Shown here: piece after piece, positions 11,490 to 22,324 of the stretch
How the letters are laid out: every line of letters begins with the position of its first letter
Position numbering within the stretch: position 1 is the stretch's first letter
DNA from: Vitrella brassicaformis CCMP3155
Taxonomy: Eukaryota > Protista > Chromerida
Direction of reading: 5' to 3'
Assembly: GCA_001179505.1 (NCBI GenBank)
Contig: CDMY01000665.1
Location: 1-33,970, forward strand
DNA length: 33,970 nt
Notes under the pieces: generated by a model
What the model saw: only the letters and a program-made list of their open reading frames with translations
Database searches by the model: none
Told to the model about the DNA's origin: nothing
Program-made: the position numbers and the translations under genes

Positions 11490-12428
11490 CTCTTTCTGCA
11501 TGTCCTTTCTCCCGTGATGAGTCCATTCATCCCATCAATCAATCGGGTGACTACGTCTCTCTCTGTCTCTCTCTCTCTGCGCCCACGGCATACACACAAG
11601 ACGGACAGACAGGTATGTGAAAGGGCGGGGAAAGAGCCCATTGGCAATCAAGCAGGCAGGCAGGCGGTCGGCCACACCACACAACATACCCACTCCGCCT
11701 ACACACACACATGCAGATGGGACGTACAGAAGGCGATCGGCACACATAAAGCAGATGGGACGTACAGAAGGCGATCGGCACACATGAACGGTCGGTCGGT
11801 CTGTCTCTGTCGCCTCACTGAGCCATAAAGGCCGCCCTTTGCCCTTGGTCTGCTCACTGTCTCACTTGGCACACAGACAGACAAGTCTGTGTCAGAGCTG
11901 ACTGTCGACATAAACACCCACACCACACAGACATAGACCCCTCTCCTGACTAAGAAAGACACCCATGTGTCTCGTGGTCTCCCTCGCTCCCCCACCCACC
12001 CACCCACCCACCCCCTCCACTCAGCCGTATGTATGCATATAAGAAATAATTATATGCCTGCACACGTAGGTATGTATGTGTGTAACTGTCTTTTGTATGT
12101 GCGCGCGTGTGTCGAGAACGGACACGCCACCCACCCGAATCAGACAGAAAGGACAAAAGAAAACAGAAAGCCCGCCCATGAGCACACCCATCACCCACCC
12201 CACCACTAATGGCCGTCTCGCAAATGCAGCCGTGCGATCCACACTGATGACAACAGAATCCATCCGCCGACTGACCAGCCATATTTTGCTCGCGCGTGAG
12301 CAGCACTACACTAGTGCCCGCCTCGCCCCCCCACTCAGTCACTCAGTCAGTCAGTCGCAGAGCGAGACATAGGCAGTTGCGTGGACAACATTCACAGCCC
12401 CACTACCGACACACATGGCCTTTTCTGC
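11490..12428. repeat. Second arm of the ~0.9 kb inverted duplication; lies downstream (3') of the secreted-protein gene
   Basis: Reverse complement of 1-897. It carries an extra tandem copy of a 35-nt unit at 11713-11785 that is single in the left arm. Confidence 0.95.
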
Positions 12429-12728
12429 CCGTGCGCCATCCACTCACTATACACACAGACACACACAGACACTCAGCTGGTCGGCAGACGGACCATTCCA
12501 CCCACTCAGAGGCACAGAGCCATCCATCCATCCATCCATCCAGGCCCATGGACCGATTGGCTGACGATAAGGTGACTGACCATCACACCACACTCATAAG
12601 GCAGAAAGGCACCACACAGTGAAGGAACACACAAAAGGAAAAGGCGGCCAATCGCAGGCACACAAGTCACACCAGCCCAACGCTCAAACACATCACACCG
12701 ACTCAAATGTCGTCTCACATTTCCTCGA

Positions 12729-14181
12729 TTACTCCACGACTGTACGATCGGAATATATTTCAATTTGCTCACACTCCCCGCCACCATTGTAGCCCCCGCC
12801 ACCATTGTAGCCCTTGCCACCATTGTAGCCCTTGCCACCATTGTAGCCCCCGCCACCATTGCAGCCGTTGCCACCTGTATGCCGATGCACACACACACAA
12901 AGGCCAGCAACAGCCGCTTTGTCTGCCGTGACCACCGCACACCGCCACACTCACCGTTGCCATATTTCTTGTAGAGGATCTTGTCGACCTTCATCATTCC
13001 CATGTGGTCGTTGCCATAGTGGGAGATGGTGGTGAGGTAGCCGCTGAGATAGGTGGCCACGTACATCTGTGTGTGGACGGGGAGCGGAGGGGAAGCCACA
13101 CACACACACACACACACAGGGGGGTCAGATATGTGTTTGTGTGGGGCTGAGTGTTGGTGTCAGGGTGACATACATAGTAGTGGAGGCTCTTCTCGATGTG
13201 CACGGTGCACATGGCGTCTTTGTGCTCTTTGGCGGCGTCATACAGCTGAACGGACACACATCAACACATCCATCCCACCAAGTGTGCCAGTGAGTCTGCC
13301 CCCTCTGTCTCTCACATCCTTTGTCGCCTTGTAGAGGTCGCCGTATGAGTGTCTTATACGCTTAAGATTCTCGAGAGGCTGAAAGACAGAGGGAGAGAGA
13401 TAGGTCACTTGAAGCACACAGACACCCAGGTACGTGTGGAGACCTTGTAAGGATCGTCACTGTAGTAGAGCTTCTCGATGGCTTGGGGCACATAGGGATG
13501 ACCACGGCTGACATCACACACAGGGAGAGAGGGAGAGGGTCAAGATTGTCGCAGACACACAGACACCACGTACCTCTGCAAGTAGTTGATCATCTTATCA
13601 ACCTTCGTCACGGTCTTGGTAAAGCAGTGCCCAGCGTATGCAGCGAATCCTTTCAGACTAACAACCAGACAGAGAGCACACACGGCCTCCGGTGCACTGT
13701 GTTGGGGTGTGTGCGTGAGGGTGGTGCTCACCCGACGTCATTGCGCTTGTAGTAGTACATCACGTTCTGGCAGAGGTATGCGTGCTCCAGCATGTGGTTG
13801 ATGTAGTCCTGGATGTCATGGTTCAGGTCGTCAGGGATTCCCCACTTGTCGTCCCCATTCCACGCAGGCACATCCTTATCCTCCTTGTCCTCAGCTGCCG
13901 GCTTCTTGCCCTTGACGCTCACAGCGTCGTCCTCAGCCAGAGACCGCACGAGGGAGGGCGCCTGCTGCTGCTGCTCCTGCTGCTTCTCCTCGCACAGCGC
14001 CACAGACACTGACACACAGACGGGGGAGACACAGCACACGGGCAAAGAGCGCCACAGCAGACACACACAGAGGCAGACAGAGAGTGACGGCCCGTGCAGT
14101 GGTATGGTCTGCCTTCGCCGTGAGCCACGCACCTGAGGCGGCGAGCAGCAGCGTGACGGCGACGAGAGAACACACGCGCAT
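12729..14181 (-). CDS. Secreted Tyr/His/Lys-rich protein with C-terminal Gly-Tyr (GYNGG) repeats, 8 exons, unknown family
   Basis: Signal peptide MRVCSLVAVTLLLAAS|VSVALCE. Phase-consistent GT-AG exons lead to ...KVDKILYKKYGN|GGNGCNGGGGYNGGKGYNGGKGYNGGGGYNGGGEC...*. The exon structure is mirrored in the paralog at 33022+. Confidence 0.8.
12778..12875 (-). repeat. Coding minisatellite, 18-nt unit x ~5, encoding G-Y-N-G-G-(G/K)
   Basis: ccaccattgtagccc(ccg/ttg) repeated on the + strand. Confidence 0.95.
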
Positions 14182-14877
14182 CGTGACTGTCGGCGGCAGC
14201 ACTGGTGAGAGGGAGGCAGCGAGGGAAAACCCAAGAAAACCCAAAAGAAACGCCGGAAAGGCACAAAGACGGCGGAAGGAAAGGCAAACAGAGGCGAAAA
14301 CCCAAAAAACGCACCGGCGGTTCGGCGAATTCCGTTGCCGGACAGTCAGTTAAGAAATGACAGAAACAATGGGAAACGGCGGCCATTATTCTTGCGCCCG
14401 CTTGCCGGAGCTTTGGAGTTTTTTTGCCTCAGCTGACTGAGTGAGTTAGCTGACTTAGTGAGCAAGCGGTATCATGTGCGACGAGTTGACGATACGCTCT
14501 TGCTCCACCAATCGGGTGATCATGACTGCATCTCTCTCTGTGTGGTGACTGATTCGTGATGAGGAATGGCTGCCTCCATGTGTGGGCGTCTTCACAGAGA
14601 GAAAGACACGCAAAGTGACGAAGGACGGCAGAAAGCCGCGCACAGCGCCGCACACACACACACACACATCTCTTCATCTCTCTCTGCCATCGAGCGCTCT
14701 GGCGGAGTGAGTCCATTTCATCTCTCCATCCGACGACTACTGAGATGGACAGCTACTGAGTGATTGGACACAGTTGAAACACACACAGCCAGATCCCTTT
14801 GTCCATTCACCAGACGCACTCACACACACTCTCACCCCGTCCCGTCTCACTTTCGTCAAATTCCATTTACTTACATC

Positions 14878-17800
14878 TCACGCCATCTGTGTGCGGCTGG
14901 CGAGCTGCGTGTAGGCCTCGAAAGCCTTCAGAGGCGGACCGAAGACACGCAGGTGATCTACACACACACACACAGAGAGAGAGAGACAGTATTATGGGTG
15001 GGATGGATCGATGGAGGCGTACTGAGGTCGTGCTGATCGTATGTGAAGTTGGAAGGGTCGAGGGCGTAGTTGGCCGCACACACAAACAGACCGTTGCACG
15101 AGAGTGGCTCACGGCAACCTGCATACACACACCCACACCCATCCATCTGGATTGGTGCAATGCATCAAACGGGCAGACAGACCCACCGGGAAAAGTGATG
15201 AGGAAGTCTCCCTTCTCATAGGCATGGCTCTGACACACACACGCCCACACACATGGATGGATGGATGGATGGATGGATGGTGGGCAGGTGGACGGACGGA
15301 CTTACTCTGAGGAACATGCCATTCCAGACGTCGTATGAATTCATCTCGTGCTGCGGGATCACCACTGCACGCACGTCTATCGCATCCGTCGCGCCGACGA
15401 CCTCATCCCCGACCTCCTGCACACACCATCGCCCACCCACACACCCACACATGCGTGTGTGTGTGTGTGTGGGTGGGTGCGTGGGCACCTGGCTGTGTAT
15501 GGCGGGGGCGGGGGCGGCGTCGCTGATGAGTCTCCTGATGAGGGCAGACAGGCGTATGGCTCTGCTGAGAGTGAGGGCGGCTTCGTTGATGAGAGTCATG
15601 ATCAGGGCGTCCTGGTCGCCGAAGAGAGGCTGGTGCACGTGGGCCATCACAAAGGCGCGCCCTAACACGGCTGCATTTCATTCCCATGGCAGACAGACAG
15701 ACAGCCAGACAGATAGACAGCCAGACATTGGTGGCTGTCGTGGGTTTGGCTATGGGATTACAGATGGTCCAAGGGGAGTTTCTGACGAGGAAATTGGCGG
15801 ATGAGAGGCCCCAGCCTTCCTCCTACGCACACACACATTCACACACACACACACACATCCCCCATTCAGTCATTCATGTGTGTGTGGGGGGGGGGGGCTC
15901 ACGGTGATGAGGAGGCCGACGTTTGGGTCAAGTCCTGAAGATGGCTCGTCTCTTTGCTGTGTATAGGCCCTCCACACACACACACACACACACAGAGATG
16001 GTGCCGAGTACACACAGACATTACACATTAGCACCTGTGAGTAAGTGTGTATGATGCTGTCGATCGTCCTGTTGAAGTCCATGATGATCGAGTCGCAGTC
16101 GAGCCACATCAGCCAGTCGTATCGGCCACTGCGCAGGTGGTGCGCCAGCAGGTACAGCTTGGCATGCTGCACACACACACACACACACACTGCGTGTGTG
16201 GTGGTGAGTTGGGTGGTGGTGGTGGGTGTTTCCCTCCCTCTGTCTCTCTGTTTGCACGCCCTCACTGACTGACCTGTATGTGCACATTCTGGTTCGGCAT
16301 TGGGTGTGTGTCGTGGACCAGGTAGGTGTAGTTGTGCCGCGAAGCGTATATTTGGCGGTTGTGCTGGACACACACATTGATGGATGGATGGATGGCTGTG
16401 TTGGGTGCGGGTTTTTCGCTGACTGGTGTGACGTATTTGAGTGCCCATTCGTCGGTGTAGGCGCAGATGCTCACGATGCCGATACGCAACTTCGCTGCAC
16501 AAACCCNNNNNNNNNNNNNNNNNNNNNNNNNNNNNNNNNNNNNNNNNNNNNNNNNNNNNNNNNNNNNNNNNNNNNNNNNNNNNNNNNNNNNNNNNNNNNN
16601 NNNNNNNNNNNNNNNNNNNNNNNNNNNNNNNNNNNNNNNNNNNNNNNNNNNNNNNNNNNNNNNNNNNNNNNNNNNNNNNNNNNNNNNNNNNNNNNNNNNN
16701 NNNNNNNNNNNNNNNNNNNNNNNNNNNNNNNNNNNNNNNNNNNNNNNNNNNNNNNNNNNNNNNNNNNNNNNNNNNNNNNNNNNNNNNNNNNNNNNNNNNN
16801 NNNNNNACAGAGAGAGAGAGAGAGAGATCCATTTATGAGCGGTTTGCCGACTGACGGTCTCTGAAGTCCTTCGGAACAGGCGTCAACAGAGCCCTTCTCG
16901 CCATATCCCAGGCAGCATACTGCACCCCACCACAACACACCGCCACAGAGGTGACGTATGTGTGTGTGCGGTGAGGAATGTGCGTATATTTGTGTGTACG
17001 TGTTTCCTGAGTTCCTGCATGTCGGCGATGATCTGTTCGTCGGAGGTGCCCCACCGCTGACCCTCAATTTCGGGCACTTTGTTCTTGTTGCGGAGAGCTG
17101 ACAAACACACACACACACACACACACGACCTCTCCCTCCCTCCCTCCCTCCCTCTCAGCAAGCTTACTAAACACAAAGACCTGCGCCATCTGCAGCAGCC
17201 GATACCCCCTCAACGCGTCCCCAAACCATAGGCACATCCGCCCCAACAAATGGTACGCCGCCACGACGCCCACGTTGCACTGGGTGGGGATGAGGGGCAG
17301 GTGGACGTCGGCCGTCACGTGCAGCAGCAGCCGGCTGAGGGCATCCTGAAGGTGTGTGGTGTGTATGTCAGTGCCACATCTGTCAAGCCATCTCTCTCTC
17401 TCCCTCTCTCTCTCTCTGTCTGCCTTTGTGTGGGTGTGTCGGTGGATGGATGGATGGATGGACGCCCACCCACCGCTGTTTCAATGGTGGCATTGTCACT
17501 GGCAGCGAGGAACGCCCGACGCAGCTCTGACCACGGAGAGGACTCGTCCGCACACCCTGACACACCCACACCATCCATCCATCCATCGCCAGCCGTATGT
17601 GCAGTGAATTCCTTCGCTTACGCACTCCATTTGTCGTCTTCACTCAGGCCATCTGCACCGCCCGACAGGGGGAAAGGTGCCGAGAGGGGGGAGGTGGTGT
17701 TGGTGTCCTGGCCGTGGCCGCCGCCGCCGCCGGTGCCGCAAGAGTTTCGGTGATCTGCATCTTCCGAAAGGTGGCACGCCCTGTCAGTGGCGGCCCTTGC

Positions 17801-17908
17801 AGCTGCCGCAATGTGGGTGTCCGTGCCGCCATCGGCCATTCCCACCGGCAGCAGCCACACCACCAGCAGCATGCCGGGAAGAGGAGCCCACGAAGTCATC
17901 AGCGACAT
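14878..17908 (-). CDS. GT34-family glycosyltransferase (GMA12/MNN10-like), multi-exon, with N-terminal signal/anchor
   Basis: Exons: KLRIGIVSICAY, HNRQIYASRHNYTY, HAKLYLL...YDWLMWLDCDSIIMD (DxD motif), LSSANFLVRNSPW, GDQDALI, VIPQHEMNSY, YEKGDFLITFPGC. N-terminus MSLMTSWAPLPGMLLVVWLLPVGMA. The N gap at 16507-16806 falls inside a phase-consistent intron. Confidence 0.85.
16507..16806. other. Assembly gap (300 N)
   Basis: Run of N. Confidence 1.
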
Positions 17909-18172
17909 CCCATGGTGGTTCCAATGACAGATCTGCTCCTCAGGACGACCGATGCTCCTTCCCTCCTCACTGCTGCACCGCTCTCCCAGCAGATCTGCGG
18001 CTGCGGGCGAAGTTCGGTGCCAGATCGCATGGTGGGGGCCTGGGGGTTTCGCCGTCTCGTGAAGAAACGCGCTGTTTTCAGAGAATTCCGGGAAGCGGCT
18101 GTGTTGTAGGCTGCTTTGCGTAGCTTGTTGGTCAGCCACACGACGGAAGAGAAGAAGGGAAGCGTCGGAAGG

Positions 18173-18898
18173 ATGTCGGAGCCTTCTTCTTCCCCTTCCT
18201 CCGCCGAGTCCACTGCTGCAGCAGGTTTCGCTGATGCTGTTGTTGGTGACCATGGTGAGGGTGTTGGTGAGGGGGCGTCGGCCAGCAGTCCCAATAGCAA
18301 TGGCAGTGGCGATGGAGAGCAGCATGACCATGAGAGGGAGAGGGAGGAGGACCACCCAAGCGACCACCATGACGAGGGTCACCCCACTCACAGCCATGAT
18401 GCTGATGCAGAGGAGCCGGCTTCTCCCTCCTCCCCAGCAGCGGCAGCGGCGGCGGCAGCGGCAGCGGCAGCGGCAGCGGCAGCAGCAGGAGCGGCAGCAG
18501 GAGCGGCACTGCCAGCAGCTGGTGGCCCTGGTCAAGAAGACTATGAGCGAGGCCAAGTCCGCTGGACAGTCGACAGCATCACCCAGCCACCAGCAAGACC
18601 CACAAGGACCACCAGACGGACATCCATCCCCCCAACAGTCATTCCCAAGAGCCGCATGAGCGCCACACAGAGAAATGCGCGCGAGGCGCGGCGGAAGAAC
18701 CCCATTGACAAGGAGAACTTTGGCATCGACTACTGCCGGCCGCACCTATTGTACAGAGACCCTGTGGAGGATGTGGCGGTGGCGAGGGCGAAGAAGGGCA
18801 GGGCCAAGGAGTGGAAGCTGCCGATGAGGCGGGCTGTCGTGGTGGGGTGCAACTACCTTGGTCAGTGTGTGTGGTGGGCGTCGGTTGAGGGAGGGGTA

Positions 18899-18933
<35 letters not shown>

Positions 18934-21043
18934 ATGTGTGTGTTGATGGTGTGGGTGTGTGGCAGGTACGCCGTTTCAGCTGTTCGGTGCGGTGAACGAC
19001 GCGGTGTTGTTCGCCGACACGTTGGTTCGTGAGTTCGGCTTCCACCCCGACAACATAGCCATGCTGCGGGATTGCAAACCAAGCGGTGAGTGATTGTGTG
19101 TGAGGGGTCCGTGTGTGTGTCACAGGGCCTCACGTGGCTGTGTGTGGTGTGTGGCCTGTGGTGTGTGGTGGTGTGGTTTTCAGGTCACTACAAGATCCCG
19201 CCTTTGCCGGAGGAGGACCCCATGAAGCTGCCCACCAAGGACAACATCATGCGGTATGGGACCTGCAAATTCCACCACCACACGCACACGCACACCGACA
19301 TTTGGACGGATGGATGGATGGATGTGTGTGTGTGTGCAGGGCGATCCACTGGATGACCAATATGTCCAATAGCAACGACGTGTATGGGACACACACACAC
19401 ACACACACAACTGCCTTCGTTTGTGTCATCCGTCTGTGTGGGTGGTGTGTGTGTGTGTGTGTGATCAGGAACGTGTTCTTCTTCGCCGGTGTGGGGCTGC
19501 AGGCGGAGGACACACAGGACTACTCTGGTACCGACCTGTGACCAACTGACCTGACTGATGCCCCCCACCCCCATTCCCACACACACATCCATCCATCCAT
19601 CCACACACAGCCAGACACACACACAGACAGACACAGACAGACAGACAAACAGACAGACAGAAGAAGAGACAGACAGACAGACAGACATCTCTCTCTCTCT
19701 CTCTGTGTGTGTGTGTGAATGTGTGTGCAGATCAGGGATACGACGAGTGCATCCTGCCGTCGGCCGGTGTGGGGTTTCCGGACCTCCGCCCCGACGGACA
19801 GCTGAACGTCATGAAACTCACACAACTCAGAGATGTACGCCTGTTTGTGATGCACACACACAGGGAGGGAGAGAGAGAGAGCGCGGAAGCGCACACTCAC
19901 ATCCCTCTCCCTCTCCCTCTCTCCCCATCTCTCTCTCTCTCTCTCTCTGTCCCTCTGCACATCCCACATCCCACTGTGCAGATGTTGGGCTGCCAGAAGG
20001 GCTCCTCCGTGACCACCACGGTCGTGCTGGACTGCTGCTGCTGCCAGTCGCTCTTCCAGCCCTACAGCGACACGCAGCTCGACACCTGGATGCCGGGCTT
20101 CAAGCAGTCAAGAATGAAGACCTACCGTACATCACACGCATCACACACACGATGCCGGGGAGGGGGGGGGACTTTCTCTATTTGTGTGTGTGTGTGTGTG
20201 TGGTGGACAGTGGCATCGTTCAAAAAGAGTGTCTGGACCAGCCAGCGTAGGCAACACCCTCCACACAAGCCACAGGCACTCATCGAGTGTGACGGTGTGT
20301 GTGTGTATACCTGTGTGTGTGTCGTGTGTGTGTGGCGTGAATGACATCAGTGGCCAAGGGCCACAGTGTGCGCCCGCGGTACCTGCCGCGGCAGCTTATC
20401 GACAACCCGGCGCGCAAGCCCAGACCTAAGGACAGGATTGTGGTCGACGAGCCTTATCAGGTACACGTGTGTGTGTGTGTGTGCTTGTGGGGATGGCTGG
20501 CTGGAGAGATTGAGATCTCTCTCTCTCTGTGTGTGTGTGTGTGTCAGAATCAGGATGTCAGCGGCACTTGGATCGCCTTTGGCTTCGGTGCTGCACGTAC
20601 GCCCATCCCTGCACACACACACAGATACACACAGACACACAGAGAGATGCCCACAACCATACACACACATGGGTGTCTGTGTGAACGTGTATGTGTGTGT
20701 GTTTTAGGGTGGGGCGAGTGTGCGGTAGAGCTGGTGGTCAACGCCCTCGAAGACGACACCGAGAAGGCCACAGGGGTCATCCACGGTGCTCATCCACTCA
20801 CACACACGCGCGCGCACACAGACACGTGTGTGTGTGGGCTTGGATGTCTGTGTGTGTAAGGTGCCTTCACCTGGTCCTTTGTAAACGCCCTCCGTTGGCT
20901 GAACCGCACTCAGGGCAGCAAGCACCACACCTACACCGAGGTCATGCAGGCGCTCGACACACAGATGAACAGACTCAGGTGGGCACAGATGGACGTGTCG
21001 ATGGCTGGATGGATGGATGGACGGCATTCTCTCATTCTCTCCC

Positions 21044-21076
<33 letters not shown>

Positions 21077-21426
21077 TGTGTCTGTGGAACTACACAGGAC
21101 GGTGTTTCCCTTTCTAGACCAGCACCCACGCCTCATGCTTGACAAGGCACACACACACACACACAGAGGGGGAGAGGGAGGGAGAGAGAGAGAGAGAGAG
21201 AGAGGTGTGTGTGATAGCTGTGCTGTGCTGTGCAGCCCTTTTCTGACGAGCATGTGTCGATGGTCTTCGAGAGGGGTCTGACCAAGGTGGCCGTCGACCC
21301 CACGGGCAACAGGGGCTTCTCCATCTTCCCTTCACTCAACCCACCACGTACTCAACACAAACACCACACACACACACACAAAAGACAGACACACACACAA
21401 AAGACCCATACGTCACTCCCTCCTCC

Positions 21427-21459
<33 letters not shown>

Positions 21460-22293
21460 CACATGATGACGGTAGGTATGGTGTCGCAGTATGCGGTGGT
21501 TCGCGGGCGTCCCCGGGCCCCCCCTGTTGTGGGTGGGGGGCCCTCGCTGCTGGCGAGAGTGCTGCTGGGGAGGAAGGAGGACTTCCCCTCACCACTGCTG
21601 CCGTGTACGCCACACGAACAGAGAGAGGGAGGGAGGGAGGGAGAGAGGGCACACAGAGAGAGGAGGCTCTCCCTATCCCTATGTGTCTGTGTGGGTGTGG
21701 ATGTCATTGTGGCATGCCTGTGTGGTGTGTGTGGTGTGTGGCAGTTGATCCGAGGCCGAACACGCCCTACGGTCGGCACAAGCTGGCCATTCTCATGGAC
21801 TACAAGTCCGTCAGGGAAACCGACAAAGAGAGACGAAAGGTCAACACACACACACACATACACACACGCACAGAGAGAGAGAGAGCGCGCGCGAAAGTTG
21901 CCAGACACGATCCACCTCTCTCTCTTTGCATCAGCTGATCCAGGAGAACAGCGATCGTCAGTTTCGCCAAGTGCGCGACACCGAGGCCCGCGACCAGCAG
22001 AAGGTCCTCGACTTCCTCCTCACCATGGCTGACCCAGACAAACTCGAAGACTACCTTCTGGTGCGCGTGTGTGGGTGGATGTGATGTGACACACACACAC
22101 AGACAGACAGCAGAGAGCACACACGCGTGGCTGTGTGTGTGTGTGTGTGGATGGCAGACTCGTTCATCTGTCGATATATCGCTGGAGCCCTCCCTGCGCA
22201 TCTCAGTCGACACCCTCCTCACCACTGGCTTCTTCTCACCCGAAGCAGACAGAAAAGCCGGACAGCAGTAAGACACCCACACACGCACAAAGA

Positions 22294-22324
<31 letters not shown>

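Noticed and set aside
1-12428. Inverted repeats as terminal inverted repeats of a ~12 kb DNA transposon or Maverick-like element
   Set aside because: No transposase, integrase or polymerase inside. The enclosed genes are ordinary intron-rich host genes, including POC5. A target-site duplication cannot be assessed because the left end is outside the window.
11713-12875. Tandem repeats as a CRISPR-like array
   Set aside because: Units are directly adjacent with no unique spacers, one array is coding (GYNGG), the context is eukaryotic and there are no cas genes.
17909-18745. N-terminal part of the 375-aa minus-strand ORF 17618-18745
   Set aside because: Antisense to the GC-rich first exon of the metacaspase-like gene. 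Only the portion from ATG 17908 is used, as GT34 exon 1.
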